From the NCBI GenBank assembly GCA_016748015.1, contig JAAOMT010000503.1:335669-398898 (forward strand): a DNA stretch of 63,230 nucleotides, given 5' to 3'. The notes below the pieces were generated by a model, which did not search any database, was not told the DNA's origin, and saw only the letters and a list, made by a program, of their open reading frames with translations. The DNA is from Geosiphon pyriformis uo1 (lineage: Eukaryota; Fungi; Glomeromycota). This document shows, piece after piece, positions 14,411-24,949 of this stretch. The translations under genes and the position numbers were made by a program. How positions within the stretch are numbered: position 1 is the first letter of the stretch; every line of letters begins with the position of its first letter.

Positions 14411-16321
14411 ATTATTTTTGTTATTTTAAAATATTAATTATTATTATTATTATTATAAATTAATACTTAATATTATTACAAATTGGTAATTATTATTATG
14501 TAAATTTTTTTTATTTTAAATTATTATTGTATTTACAATATAATTACAATAATTATAATTTAATTTATTTATAACTTGTTATTTTTTAATTAATAATATT
14601 AAATACAATAAAATTTAAAAAATATTTTAATAAATAAAAAACAATTTTATAATTAAAAATTAAATAATTCAAATTTTATAATTTATAATAGTATTACTAA
14701 AAAACTTTTATTAAATATAGTTTTTTCTTAAAATATTAATTTTAATAATAATATTATTAAATTTTTAAAATCAAAAATAATAATTATATATTTTTGTTAA
14801 TAATTTTTTTATGTTTTAACAAATATAATCTAATTATTAATTATAATATAAAAAAACTAAATTAAAATTGAATTTTTTTTTTATTGCTTTATAAATGAGG
14901 TTCAAACATTACCTAGTATTATACATCAAAGAAATAATCTAAACTAGACATGAATCATGCATTTTCCACATGTGACCAACCATTTGGGCCGATTAGAACA
15001 ACACTATACAGCTATGTGAACTAAAACAGAGTCACTTACATCTGAAAAAAATAAACAAGATTTGTGAAAGCCAAAATAAACACCAAAAGCATCGGCAATG
15101 CCAAGCAATTTGACCACTCCAGCCAAAAACTCTGAAGCCAAACCAGAAATTGAGACAAGAACTGAACCATCAAGGGAAATCAATCTATTTTTTTCTATGT
15201 AAGCACAATGTTTGGCACAAACTGACCAAACATTACTTCTAAGAGCAAGACTAAAAAAGTATACAAATTTAACAATCTCCAAACCAGCAATTTTGAAATC
15301 ATGAAAAACAGTAACTGTTTCATGGAACCAATCATTAAAAACAAAATTCTTAAAGAGCGCTATAGACAAAGAAGAGTCAGAAACACACAAAGACAAAAGT
15401 TGTAGTATGCCCGAAGAAGAATAAGAAAAACCAGAAACCATCTTTCAAAAGTTTACATGAGATTTCAACAACTGTCTCTGAACAGAATTATCAATCTTAT
15501 AAAAGAACACATGATCTGAAGCTTCCACATCGCCACAATATAAGCATAACACACTAGGATATAATCTATTATAAAGGCACTTCCGAACGGCAACTGGTAA
15601 CTGGTGGTGTAAAGCCTTCATGAAATAAGTGCATGTATTAGCTGAAAGTCTGCTGGTGAAACCAGCAGCCATGTGCAAGTCAGGGTGCCATACCAAAGAT
15701 AAACAGTGCCAGTCAACCTCAGAAAGCAAACCACTCACCAAAATTCTGGAACCAAAACCAACCTTCCAGCATGTATGACAAATTGAATAATAAATATTAT
15801 GGACAAAATGTCTGGAATTGCCAGAAACCACAACACCATTAGTCATTATAAAGTGTTCACCCAAGTGAAAAGGAAAATACCAATCAGAAAAAGAAGCATC
15901 ACTAGCAATTGTGTCAACACACTCATTTCTTGAAACACCAGAGTGGCCCTTAACCTTATGCCAGTTGACCTTCAAATTCTTACTGCAAATAACATTAATA
16001 ATATAATGATGTTCAATCCAACACTGATTACGAAAGTCGGAATACGTCAAACCCAATTCTGACTTACAAGCATCCAGAGCAGACTGACTATCTGAAAACA
16101 AATTAACAGAATATAGAGAAGGGACATACTTCAAAGCCAGCACTATAGCCTGTAACTCCACCAAAGTAGATAACATCAAATCTGATACACCAACACCCAA
16201 ACCTAAATCAATGTCCTCAAAAAAGCCAGCAGCGCCAGCTCTACAGCCAACTGAGCCCAAATTACTAAGAGATTCATCTGTATATACTAACAAATAATTA
16301 GTACTAATCTGTAAGAGACAA

Positions 16322-17086
16322 TGTTACAGATAATTATTTGGGGTCTCAAGTCAAATAACAAATCCATAACTTGGTGCTTAGTTGGTACTTAGGTGTTGAT
16401 ATTTGAAAGTTTTGGTTGTGGAGTTCTTTGTATAATGGACAGAGATTTAATAGTTGTTTCAGTAGCCTCCCGGAATTGCAATTCCATCGAATTTTTTTCT
16501 TAGTATGGTGGCTGGTAATCCTTCTGGTAAGCTATTCTCAAATTTATGAGTGTTCTACCCTTGTTTCACGGATTTTTTACCAGTTCCTATGACATCTGTA
16601 TTTCAGTGCTTAATTCTTAATCAATTTAGTAAAACCAAAGAAATAACAAAAAGAAATAAAAAAAATAAAAAAAAATAAAAAAATAAACAAAAGCAATTGC
16701 AAGTTAGTATTCCATTAATAGCCATGATTAAGAGCTATTGTTCCAGCATGGTTAAGTATTAATTACTATCAACATGAAGTGTTGATAGTGGAGAGTGAAT
16801 TTGCATGGTAAATAGTTATTTATTTGATATTTGTGAATGGAAGGTTGCTTAGATCAAATCTAAACTGAGAGGTCTGTCTTTTCTCCTTCTAATACTACTA
16901 CTATATATACATAATTAATGTTCTATGAGATCACTCATATTTCTGAACAATGTGCTATGATTTCTTGAGCAATGTGCCATGATTTCTGACATTGCTCCAC
17001 ATTGCTAAGCAATGTGCTTACATATTAAATACTATTCTTTCATTGGTCTGCTATTTTCTATATCTGTTTTCTTTTTATGAGTAACA
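16322..17086 (-). repeat. 3' LTR of Gypsy family B
   Basis: Direct repeat of 29386-30169; preceded on the minus strand by a purine tract; U3 has GAGCAATGTGCT-type tandem repeats. Confidence 0.93.
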
Positions 17087-17100
17087 TTATTTCTTCCTTT

Positions 17101-17661
17101 TTAATATTGAGCTCTGTCAAAATCTTTGTTTTAAATTAATTCCAATACTTCTTTTTCAAGTATTGTTTGTTCAACTCTGTTTCTCACATCTTCTACTTGT
17201 GTATTGTTCATTCTTTCCTATTGGTTAATAGTTATGGTTTCTATGTTAGAGTATAACAGTATTTCTGGATAGTTTCAAAATATGTTGTGTAGTTGGTACA
17301 TTGTTTTAACATGTAGTGTTGAATTCGTTTTCTTTCCGATAAATTCTTTAATTTGTTGTATTATGTCTTGGTTGAATATTCTCTTGGATTTGTTGGTATA
17401 TAACTCCTGAATATTCAACTTTCGACTTAACTGGTAGTAACAGTATGATATTAGAAGTTGTTCTGTTTATTGCTTCTAATTCTCTTTTGTAAGTTCTTTT
17501 GTTGGTGCCATAATTATTTTCCCAAAAATGTTCTTTACTTTTTCTATTATATTATCTGATCAGTTTTTATCATTTTTTGGTAATCACTGATATGGGGTGT
17601 TTTTTGTCTTTTTTTTGGTGTTTTGATAGCAAATTGTTTGGTTGTTAATGATAATTTCCAT
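17101..17661 (-). pseudogene. Gypsy ORF3 (env position), 186 codons, unknown soluble protein with in-frame stops
   Basis: ATG at 17661 is in frame with TAA at 17101 (MEIIINNQ...DFDRAQY*); internal stops are explainable by single transitions; homologous to ORF 19334-19585. Confidence 0.7.
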
Positions 17662-18438
17662 GTCTAACAGTTGTTAACTTAAGGCCTGGAACAGTTGTTG
17701 AGCTATAGTGTGAATATAATCTGGTATTTTCATTTTTTTAGTTGCTTTTGTCGCGTGTATTGTGCCTTTATATACTCTTTTGGGTTGTTTGATTTGATGT
17801 GTTTGGTTCAATAACTATGATTGGTTCCAAATTTCATAGAATCTCATCTGGTTGAACTAGTATTCTTTGTACTCCTAGTTGTGGAATGTTATTGGTGGAA
17901 GATGATGCTATCTGGTAATATGGTTTCAGTCAATTACCATATGTTGCTTTGGCTAAAATTTTGTTGTCCTATCTTAATTTATAAGCTCCATTTCCAAGAA
18001 TTTTTTCTATGTAAAATGGTCCATCCCATTTGGGGTCAAATTTTCCACTCCATTGTTTTTCTGCTTTGGTATGATATAAAAGTACTTTGTCTTCAATCTT
18101 GAATTCAATTGGTTTATCTAGTAGTTGGTTATTGTGTCTTTTTTTTTGTCTTTCTTGTGACTTCTGGATGTTATTAGCTGTTCTTTGCTGTTTATTTTCT
18201 AATGTTTTCATTAAGTCATATGTTCTTCTTAGCAACATTTCCTGAAAATTATCTTTGGTTATTGGTTCTATTGGGTAAGTGTTGATTTTTATCTTAATTG
18301 GTAATGTTGCTGTTCTACCATATACTAATTCAAATGGTGTTGCTTGTGTAGTGTCTTGTTTCATTGTCCAATAAGCAAATAATACTGATGGTATGAACAA
18401 ATCCCATTTGTCTTGGTTTTCTTGACTGATTTTGGTAA

Positions 18439-19320
18439 TGTTACAGGTGATTATTTCTGTTGTTGTATTGAATAACAAACCCATAACTTGGTGCTCAAAA
18501 GCTATTGCTGTTGATAATGTTCTGAAGATTTTGTATTTAAAGATTTTGTATTTGAAGGTTTTGGTTGAGTCCTTTGTATAACGGACAGAGATTCAATAGT
18601 GTTGATAGTAGATGTATCTTTCCAAGAGTTTTCCCAATTTCTTTCTCAACATGATGGCCGGATTTAGTCTGGCAGTCGTGCTTTTCTGGTAAGCTATCTG
18701 ATAATATATAAAATCCTACCCTTATTTCTGGGTCTTTTACCAGGCTATCCTTGACATCAATAACTCAGCGCTTAATTCTTTTACTCAATTAGTAAACAAC
18801 AAAAGAAAATAAAATAAAATAAAGAAAAATAAAAGAAAATAAAGAAAGAAAAGAAATAAGCCCAGATGGTATGGCAGATTAGTATTCCGTCAATAGCCAT
18901 GATCAAGAGCTATTGTTCCAGTGTGGTTAAGTATCAATTACTATCAACATAAAGAATTGATAGTGAGGAGTGGATTGAGATATGAAATAATTATTTATTT
19001 AATGATTGTGTTTCTAGGCTAAGAATTCTATGGTATCGATTCTGTCTTTTCTGTTTTTAATGCTACTGCTATATATACATAATTGAGATTCTTCAATTCC
19101 TCAATTCTTCATGACAGGAATCCTAGAATTCCTGGAATCCTGCAATTTCTTTGAGAAAAATTCTGGAAATCTGGAATCCTGTAATTTCTCGTCGGAGAAT
19201 CTTGAAATTTTTGGAATCCTGCAATTCCTGAAAGGAATCCTGGAATTCCACATTTATTATGCCTACTTCTGATTGGCTAATAATTAGACTAATATATTTC
19301 CTATATTTCTATGAGTAACA
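18439..19320 (-). repeat. 3' LTR of family A element
   Basis: Direct repeat of 21476-22341; GGAATCCT/GGAATTCCT tandem repeats at ~19115-19250; TATATATA at ~19070. Confidence 0.95.
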
Positions 19321-19333
19321 TTATTTTCTCCTT

Positions 19334-19612
19334 TTAATATTGAGCTCTGTCAAAATTCAACTCATGTAATTCCCCCTCTTGAAGTATTTTCTGGATTTCA
19401 TTTTTGAGAATTACTTGTGTTATTTGGGTCTGTAATTCTTCAAATTGAGCATTAGTGATTTTTCCCAATTGATTACTGGTAATCATATTCATTGCTTTGT
19501 TGCGCAATATTTCTGGTCTATCCTGAAATGCTGTATGTATTCGGTAGATGGCTTGGGCTTGTGTAGATAAGTTGTTCTTTCCCACAAAATGTTCTAATTG
19601 TTGTAGTATTCT
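19334..19612 (-). pseudogene. C-terminal half of retroelement ORF3 retained in the family A element
   Basis: RILQQLEHFVGKNNLSTQAQAIYRIH..PEIL..NFDRAQY* aligns with family B DIIQQIKEFIGKKTNSTLHVKTMYQLH..PEIL..DFDRAQY*. Confidence 0.8.
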
Positions 19613-19944
19613 TGTGCAACATCTAATTGCGTAGCAGGTTGCGTGTAATCGTCATAATCAAATGTGATAAATGCATTACTTGATGTATTCGTATTAATAA
19701 TTGGTATATATCGTATTTGTAAACTCATAAAATTATATTTATCATAAATGTCAGCTAGACCCCCGACCCAAGAAATTATAGCAGGATGTAACATAAGAGC
19801 TGTAGCAATAAACACACTCTGTTGGGATGCAATAAATCTATCAATGACAGCTGTTTTATCTATTATAATACTGGTTTTGTTTGCTAACTGGAAACGTACA
19901 CCACGAGAAACTGGTGTATTAACTGTCTGATTTCTTAAATGCAT
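19594..19944 (-). CDS. Truncated viral single jelly-roll capsid protein (S domain; tombus/sobemo/crucivirus-like), endogenous viral element
   Basis: ATG at 19944. TPVSRG arm motif, then LHPAIISWVGGLADIYDKYNFMSLQIRYIPIINTNTSSNAFITFDYD..P, matching the S-domain pattern P....W...A..Y.KY....L...Y.P...T.T.G.....F.YD. The last residues (EYYNN*) are out-of-frame retroelement sequence. Confidence 0.85.
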   Translation of the reverse strand: MHLRNQTVNTPVSRGVRFQLANKTSIIIDKTAVIDRFIASQQSVFIATALMLHPAIISWVGGLADIYDKYNFMSLQIRYIPIINTNTSSNAFITFDYDDYTQPATQLDVAQEYYNN

Positions 19945-19960
19945 TGGAAGATATGTAAAA

Positions 19961-20470
19961 TTAGAACCACCTCTCACCAAACTGTGTGGAACTGTTTGAG
20001 GACAAACTTGATATCGAACTCCCACTTAAACTGAAGCATATTGAATGTGCTGGGGTAAATTGATTGAACGTAAAACTCTGACCGAACACATGTTTTGTGA
20101 AATTACAACTGCTGCAGCATTGTTTTGCCTGTGCGTATGTTTTCAATTCGATCTTGTATTCATGGTAAACACAGTGTTTCATGAAGCCATCTTTTACCTC
20201 AAATTGACAATCGGCTGGACTTACGTTCAAACCAAAATGTTCATATAGAACCAAATTTGCTTTGATCAAATTCACGAGCTTGTTGTACACTTTGTTATAT
20301 CTTCGTAACTCTGTAGCATACTCAAAAATATCTTCAATATTTTCATCATGTAAAGTGAAGAAATGTTCTCTAAAGTTTTTGAATACAGTAACTTGTGTTT
20401 GGGCTGTTACAAATTTTTCTACTGTTGTGATTTTTTTCAAAAACTCAGTGCAGACTATTTGAAAAGTGTG
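19961..20470 (-). CDS. Unknown ORF fragment (~170 codons, no ATG), 5' part of the foreign insert; possibly viral
   Basis: Stop-free frame HTFQIVCTEFLKK...GERWF*, with His/Cys cluster HCVYH...CCSSC; no counterpart in the family B element; stop lies 16 nt before the capsid ATG. Confidence 0.5.
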   Translation of the reverse strand, partial: HTFQIVCTEFLKKITTVEKFVTAQTQVTVFKNFREHFFTLHDENIEDIFEYATELRRYNKVYNKLVNLIKANLVLYEHFGLNVSPADCQFEVKDGFMKHCVYHEYKIELKTYAQAKQCCSSCNFTKHVFGQSFTFNQFTPAHSICFSLSGSSISSLSSNSSTQFGERWF

Positions 20471-21413
20471 TTGTTGTTGTTGTTTGTTGGGGTGGTAGCT
20501 GAAGTGGCTGCTGTATGGGTTTGGCTATAAGATTAATCGGCAGTTGATCAATGATGATTACTGGAGGTAAGTTTTGCTGATTAATTAATTTGGGGTTTTG
20601 ATTTCTTTGATTTGGCGGCATTTGAATATTTGGAGTTTCAATTTCCAGATTTTCTAACTGTTGCTGAGTTTGAATGTTCAGGATTTCAACTTCCGTGTTT
20701 TCAGTGATTGGATGCTAGTAAGTGAATTCTTAATCCTCTAATTCTTCTTCCTCCTTTTCTGATTCTGCTGCTTCCCACGGATCAGAGATTCCGAAATCTG
20801 GTGGAGGCAATGGTGATCAAAGTCCTGATGGGGTTGATGATCGCGAATTAAATCTCTCAAAGTATTCGCTGTATGGTCCTAACAATTCTGTTTTCCTTTG
20901 TCTACTTTGGAATGAGAATCGTCCAAATGTTAATGTCACAGTTGATGGGAATGCATCAGTTGATGATATGTTGATGGCACTTCCAGGTGTATAGTGGTAT
21001 AATAAGTTACTTGGGGATTCAACTCTGTTTTTCTTCCAAGCAGGTGACTGTGTTTTTCGGGGTGTTACTGCTGGTGTTTGTAATTTTCTCTTGCCTTTAC
21101 TAGTGTATGTAATTGGATATCTTTGTTGAGTGTGGTGTTTAATTTCTTTGTTGATCTCAGTGATGATGGATGCAAAATTATGGTTTGTTGGTAGGTTGGT
21201 GTTTTGAATTAATTCCTTATAGAAAGTTTCTCTTGCTGATTCAGTATTCACTGGTGTTCCTAATAAAGAGGAAATCTTTTTGTTGACATAAAAATTGAAG
21301 GCTGATTCGGCGGATATATGATTGTGGTTTAATCCCAAGTATTGACAATAGTGTTGAAATAAGGATTTTGTGAATCCTAAATGGTTTGCTCCTATAATTT
21401 CTGATTCTGCCAC
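20471..21413 (-). pseudogene. N-terminal part of Gag ORF (up to the P/Q linker), CA domain absent
   Basis: MAESEIIGANHLGFTKSLFQHYCQ.. is homologous to family B ORF 28978-29325; continues through stops to QQPLQLPPQQ and breaks before the MAYA.IAKLEKF CA start seen at 28331. Confidence 0.85.
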
Positions 21414-21457
21414 TTTTGGTTTGGTGTTGTCGGTGCTGGTTCTTTGTAGGATTATAC

Positions 21458-21473
21458 TTCACAGGGAGCACCA
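21458..21473 (-). promoter_or_regulatory. Primer-binding site (family A); equivalent PBS at ~29368-29383 in family B
   Basis: TGGTGCTCCCTGTGAA 2 nt inside the 5' LTR, complementary to a tRNA 3' end (T/C)TCAC-AGGGAGC-A-CCA; tRNA identity (possibly Ile-UAU type) is inference. Confidence 0.8.
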
Positions 21474-21475
21474 AA

Positions 21476-22341
21476 TGTTACAGGTGATTATTTCTGTTGT
21501 TGTATTGAATAACAAACTCATAGCTTGGTGCTCAAAAGCTATTGCCATTGATGATGTTCTGAAAGTTTTGTATTTGAAGGTTTTGTATCTGAAGGTTTTG
21601 GTTGAGTCCTTTATATAACAGACAGAGATTCAATAATGTCAATAGTAAATGTATCTTTCTAAGAGTTTTCCCAATTTTTTTCTCAGCATGGTGGCCAAAT
21701 TTAGTCTGGCAGTTGTGCTCTTCTAGTAAGCTATCCAATAATATATAAAATCCTACTCTTATTTTTGGGTCTTTTACCAGGCTATTCTTGACATCAATAA
21801 CTTAGCGCTTAATCCTTTTACTCAATTAGTAAACAACAAAAGAAAATAAAATAAAGAAAATAAAGAAAGAAAAGAAATAAACCCAGGTGGTGTGACAGAT
21901 TAGTATCCTGTTAATAGCAGTGATTAAGAGCTATTGTTCCAGTGTGGTTAAGTATCAATTACTATCAACATAAAGGGTTGATAGTAAGGAATGGATTGAG
22001 ATATGAAATAATTATTTATTTGATGATTGCATTTCTAGACTAAGGATTCTGTGGTATCGATTCTGTCTTTTTTGTTTTTAATGCTACTGCTATATATACA
22101 TAATTGAGATTCCTCAATTCCTCAATTCTTCATGACAGGAATCCTGGAATTCCTGGAATCCTGCAATTTCTTTGAGAGGAATCCTGGAATTCTGAAATCC
22201 TGTAATTCTTCATCAGGGAATCCTGAAATTCCTGGAATTCTGCAATTCCTGAAAGGAATCCTGGAATTCCACATTTATTATGCCTACTTCTGATTGGCTA
22301 ATAATTAGACTAATATATTTTCTATATTTCTATGAGTAACA
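21476..22341 (-). repeat. 5' LTR of family A element
   Basis: Direct repeat of 18439-19320, differing mostly by transitions; followed by PBS. Confidence 0.95.
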
Positions 22342-23139
22342 GTGATTGCTTTACACAATGTTCTGTTAAATTTTTCAACTAGTCCATTGGTTTGTGGATA
22401 ATATAGTAATGATAATGGTCTTTTGATTCCAAATCTCTGACTTAATTCTGCTAATGTTCTGTTTACAAAGTGAGTTCCTTGATCTGATAATAGTTTTTTT
22501 GGACATCCATATCAACAGATCAAATCTTAATGAACGAATTCAGCAATGAATTCTGCATTTGTTCTTTAAATGGCTTTTGCTTCTGGCCATTTAGTAAGAT
22601 AATCCATAGCTACTACAATATATCTGTTGCCTCTGCTGGTAATTGTTAATGGTCTAACTAAGTCAATTCCAATGTGATCGAATGGTTGTCCCACTTTGAT
22701 TGGTCTTAATGGTTCACTGGGTTTTGTTCCTCCTCTTTTCTGACAAGCATCACAATTTTAAACATATTAGATGATGTCTGAATACATTGATAGCCAATAG
22801 TATCTTTTTCTGGTTTTTTCTATGGTTGTTTCTTTATGAAAATGTCCTGCTGTTGGGTCTAAGTGCATGTTGAATAATATTGTCTTTTTCTTTGGTTTTG
22901 TGATTACTCTGATTGGTTGATCTGGATTTCTTCTGTTCTTCTAATAAAGTATATTTTGATGATTGATAAAATATTTTGATTGTTGTTTAATGTTCCTTTG
23001 TTCCTTTTGAGATAATTTCTCCTTGAACAGTTGGGTATTTATATAATGTTGTAGTTGTTGGTATTTTTGTATATTTATCTTTTGTTATATTTTTGGTTTG
23101 AAATGTTTTTAGATTTGTCTTATTCATGATAGTCCATCA

Positions 23140-24400
23140 ACATTTCCATTGTCTTTTCCCTTTTTATAATGTACTATATAATTAAATGGTGAAAGTTCTA
23201 TTTTCTATCTGGCATAGCAATCATCTGCAAATTCTTGTTTTTGAATTGAAGTCAATCCTTTGTGATCAGTGTACACTTCAAACTTTTGGCTCAAGTATTC
23301 CTTCTATTTGATGACAGCCCAATAGATAGCTAAGTATTTTAGTGCTGGAGTTCTATAGTTCTTTTCAGCTGGACTTAAGCTTCTACTGGCATAAGCTACT
23401 GGATGTTTTTTTCTATTGGGTCTTTTCTGTGAAAGTACTGCTCTCAATGCTTGGCCTGATGTATCAGTAGTGATTATGAATAGTTTGCTGTAGTCTGAAT
23501 ACATCAATACTAGAGCTTAAATAAGCTTTCTTCTTAATATATCAAAAGCTTCTTGTTGAGTTTCTGTCCATTCATACTTCACATTTTTTGTTTGGAGTTG
23601 ATGTAGTGGTTGAGCTATTTTAGAAAAGTCCTTAATAAAGTGGTGGTAGTATTCGGCAAATTCCAAGAATGCTCTTAATTCTGTAAGATTATTTGGTACT
23701 GGAAAGTTCTTGACAATCTCAATTTTGTCTGGATCTGTTTTGATTCCATCTTTGCTCACTACATGTTCCAAAAACTCGAGTTCAGTTTTGCCAAAGAAGC
23801 AGTTATTGGTATTTAGTTTCAATTCTGCTTGTCTGAGTTTTTCAAATACTTGTTGGAGATGATGTAGATGGTTATCAAATGTCTTAAAAAATACATTTGT
23901 GTTGTCTAAGTATATGACTACTGATTTTCATAGTAATCTAGTATAGACAATTTCTATGAGTTGTTGGAATGTTGCTGAAGCATTCATCAAGCCAAATAGC
24001 ATGATTTCAAATTCAAAATTCCCTTTTTTTGTCATGAATACAGTCTTTTCTTTGTCAGCTGAGTCCATGGCTACTTGCCAGTATTCACTATCTAAATCTA
24101 GTGTTAAGAACCATTTATTTTCTCCAAAAGTGTCAAATAGTTCTTGGATCTTTGGAGTTGGATAGCTGTCTCTTTTGGTTACTCCATTTAATTTCTGATA
24201 ATCTACATAAAAGCAAATTTTTCCATTTTTCTTCTAGACTAGTACCACTGGTGATGACTATGGACTCATCGATGGCTGAATTAGCCTATTGTTAAGCATT
24301 TGGTTGATTTCTTGATGAATAATTTCATGGCTAGCTAGTAGTACTCTGTATGCTCTTTGTTTAATTGACATTGCATTTCCAGTTTTGATCTGATGTTAGA
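23140..24400 (-). pseudogene. Gypsy reverse transcriptase and RNase H (decayed)
   Basis: LDLDSEYWQV, KTVF, FGLMNASATFQ, VIYLDN (YLDD with G>A at ~23901-23912), FLEHVVSKDGIKTDPDKI, TDTSGQALRAVLSQ, PVAYASRSLSPAEKNY. Confidence 0.92.
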
Positions 24401-24949
24401 TGATATTGATATGGCCAAATTTATTTTTGCTCACAAAGATGTTATTGAAATTGTTGAGTAACATCTTTAATTGCATCTGTTGGAGTGAGTCTAGATTTCC
24501 CATGTTTATCTGTTCCAACTGCTCTGGTTGAAGCAGATAACATTCACTTCGTTCGTAAATAGTCTGTAATGTAATGTCCATATATTTGCAAAGTTGTGGA
24601 AAATCTGGAATGTGGTTTGGTGGTTAATTCTCAACTTGAGTGGTTAAATATTCAATGATAGTTCTCTTTGGTATTTTGATGACCTTTTCAGTTGTGTTAT
24701 AGATGGGAATTTTGATGTTTTGGGGCTGTTGGCTGAGATGTAGAAATTGGTGAGTCCAATCTCTCCTGATTCACAAATGGTGGCTTCTGCTTCAAACAAT
24801 TGAGCTTGATCTTTTACTTCTCTTTTTATGACTAACATATACTGGTCATATGGTGGAATAGAAATTAATTGATAGGTTGAGATAATTTTTCTTTTGTCAA
24901 CAATTTCTTTCTCTGCCATATTAACTGGTATATCTATTTTACTCATTGA

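Larger units (their letters stand above)
18439..22341 (-). mobile_element. Non-autonomous LTR retroelement (family A), 3903 bp, carrying a captured virus-like insert
   Basis: LTRs 18439-19320 and 21476-22341 (TGTTAC...GTAACA); TSD GTAA/GTGA; PBS TGGTGCTCCCTGTGA; PPT AGGAGAAAATAA at 19321-19332; no PR/RT/IN sequence inside. Confidence 0.95.
17769..22900 (-). pseudogene. Gypsy integrase (zinc-finger/core at 22342-22900, C-terminal GPY/F part at 17769-18438), split by the nested element
   Basis: PFDHIGIDLV, DYLTKWPEAK, LSDQGTHF, YYPQTNGLVEKFN..KAI|TKISQENQDKWDLFIPSVLFAY, TPFELVYGR, KWDGPF. Confidence 0.9.

Noticed and set aside
17101-17661. ORF3 as an envelope gene
   Set aside because: Too short, with no signal peptide, transmembrane segment or furin-like site visible.
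18670-18770. ACCAGAAAAGCA / GCCTGGTA on the minus strand as a hairpin ribozyme; hammerhead and twister cores also considered
   Set aside because: Conserved catalytic loop nucleotides are not matched and family B differs there; kept only as a generic conserved stem.
19115-19250. GGAATCCT/GGAATTCCT tandem repeats as CRISPR or telomere repeats
   Set aside because: Degenerate short units without spacers, duplicated in both LTRs; ordinary U3 repeats in a eukaryote.
19945-20025. GTG-initiated N-terminal extension of the capsid ORF in the ORF track
   Set aside because: It overlaps the end of ORF-X, and the ATG at 19944 just after the ORF-X stop is the more plausible start; cannot be fully excluded.
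21532-21738. Small ORF inside the LTR
   Set aside because: Broken in the sister LTR and not clearly frame-conserved in family B.
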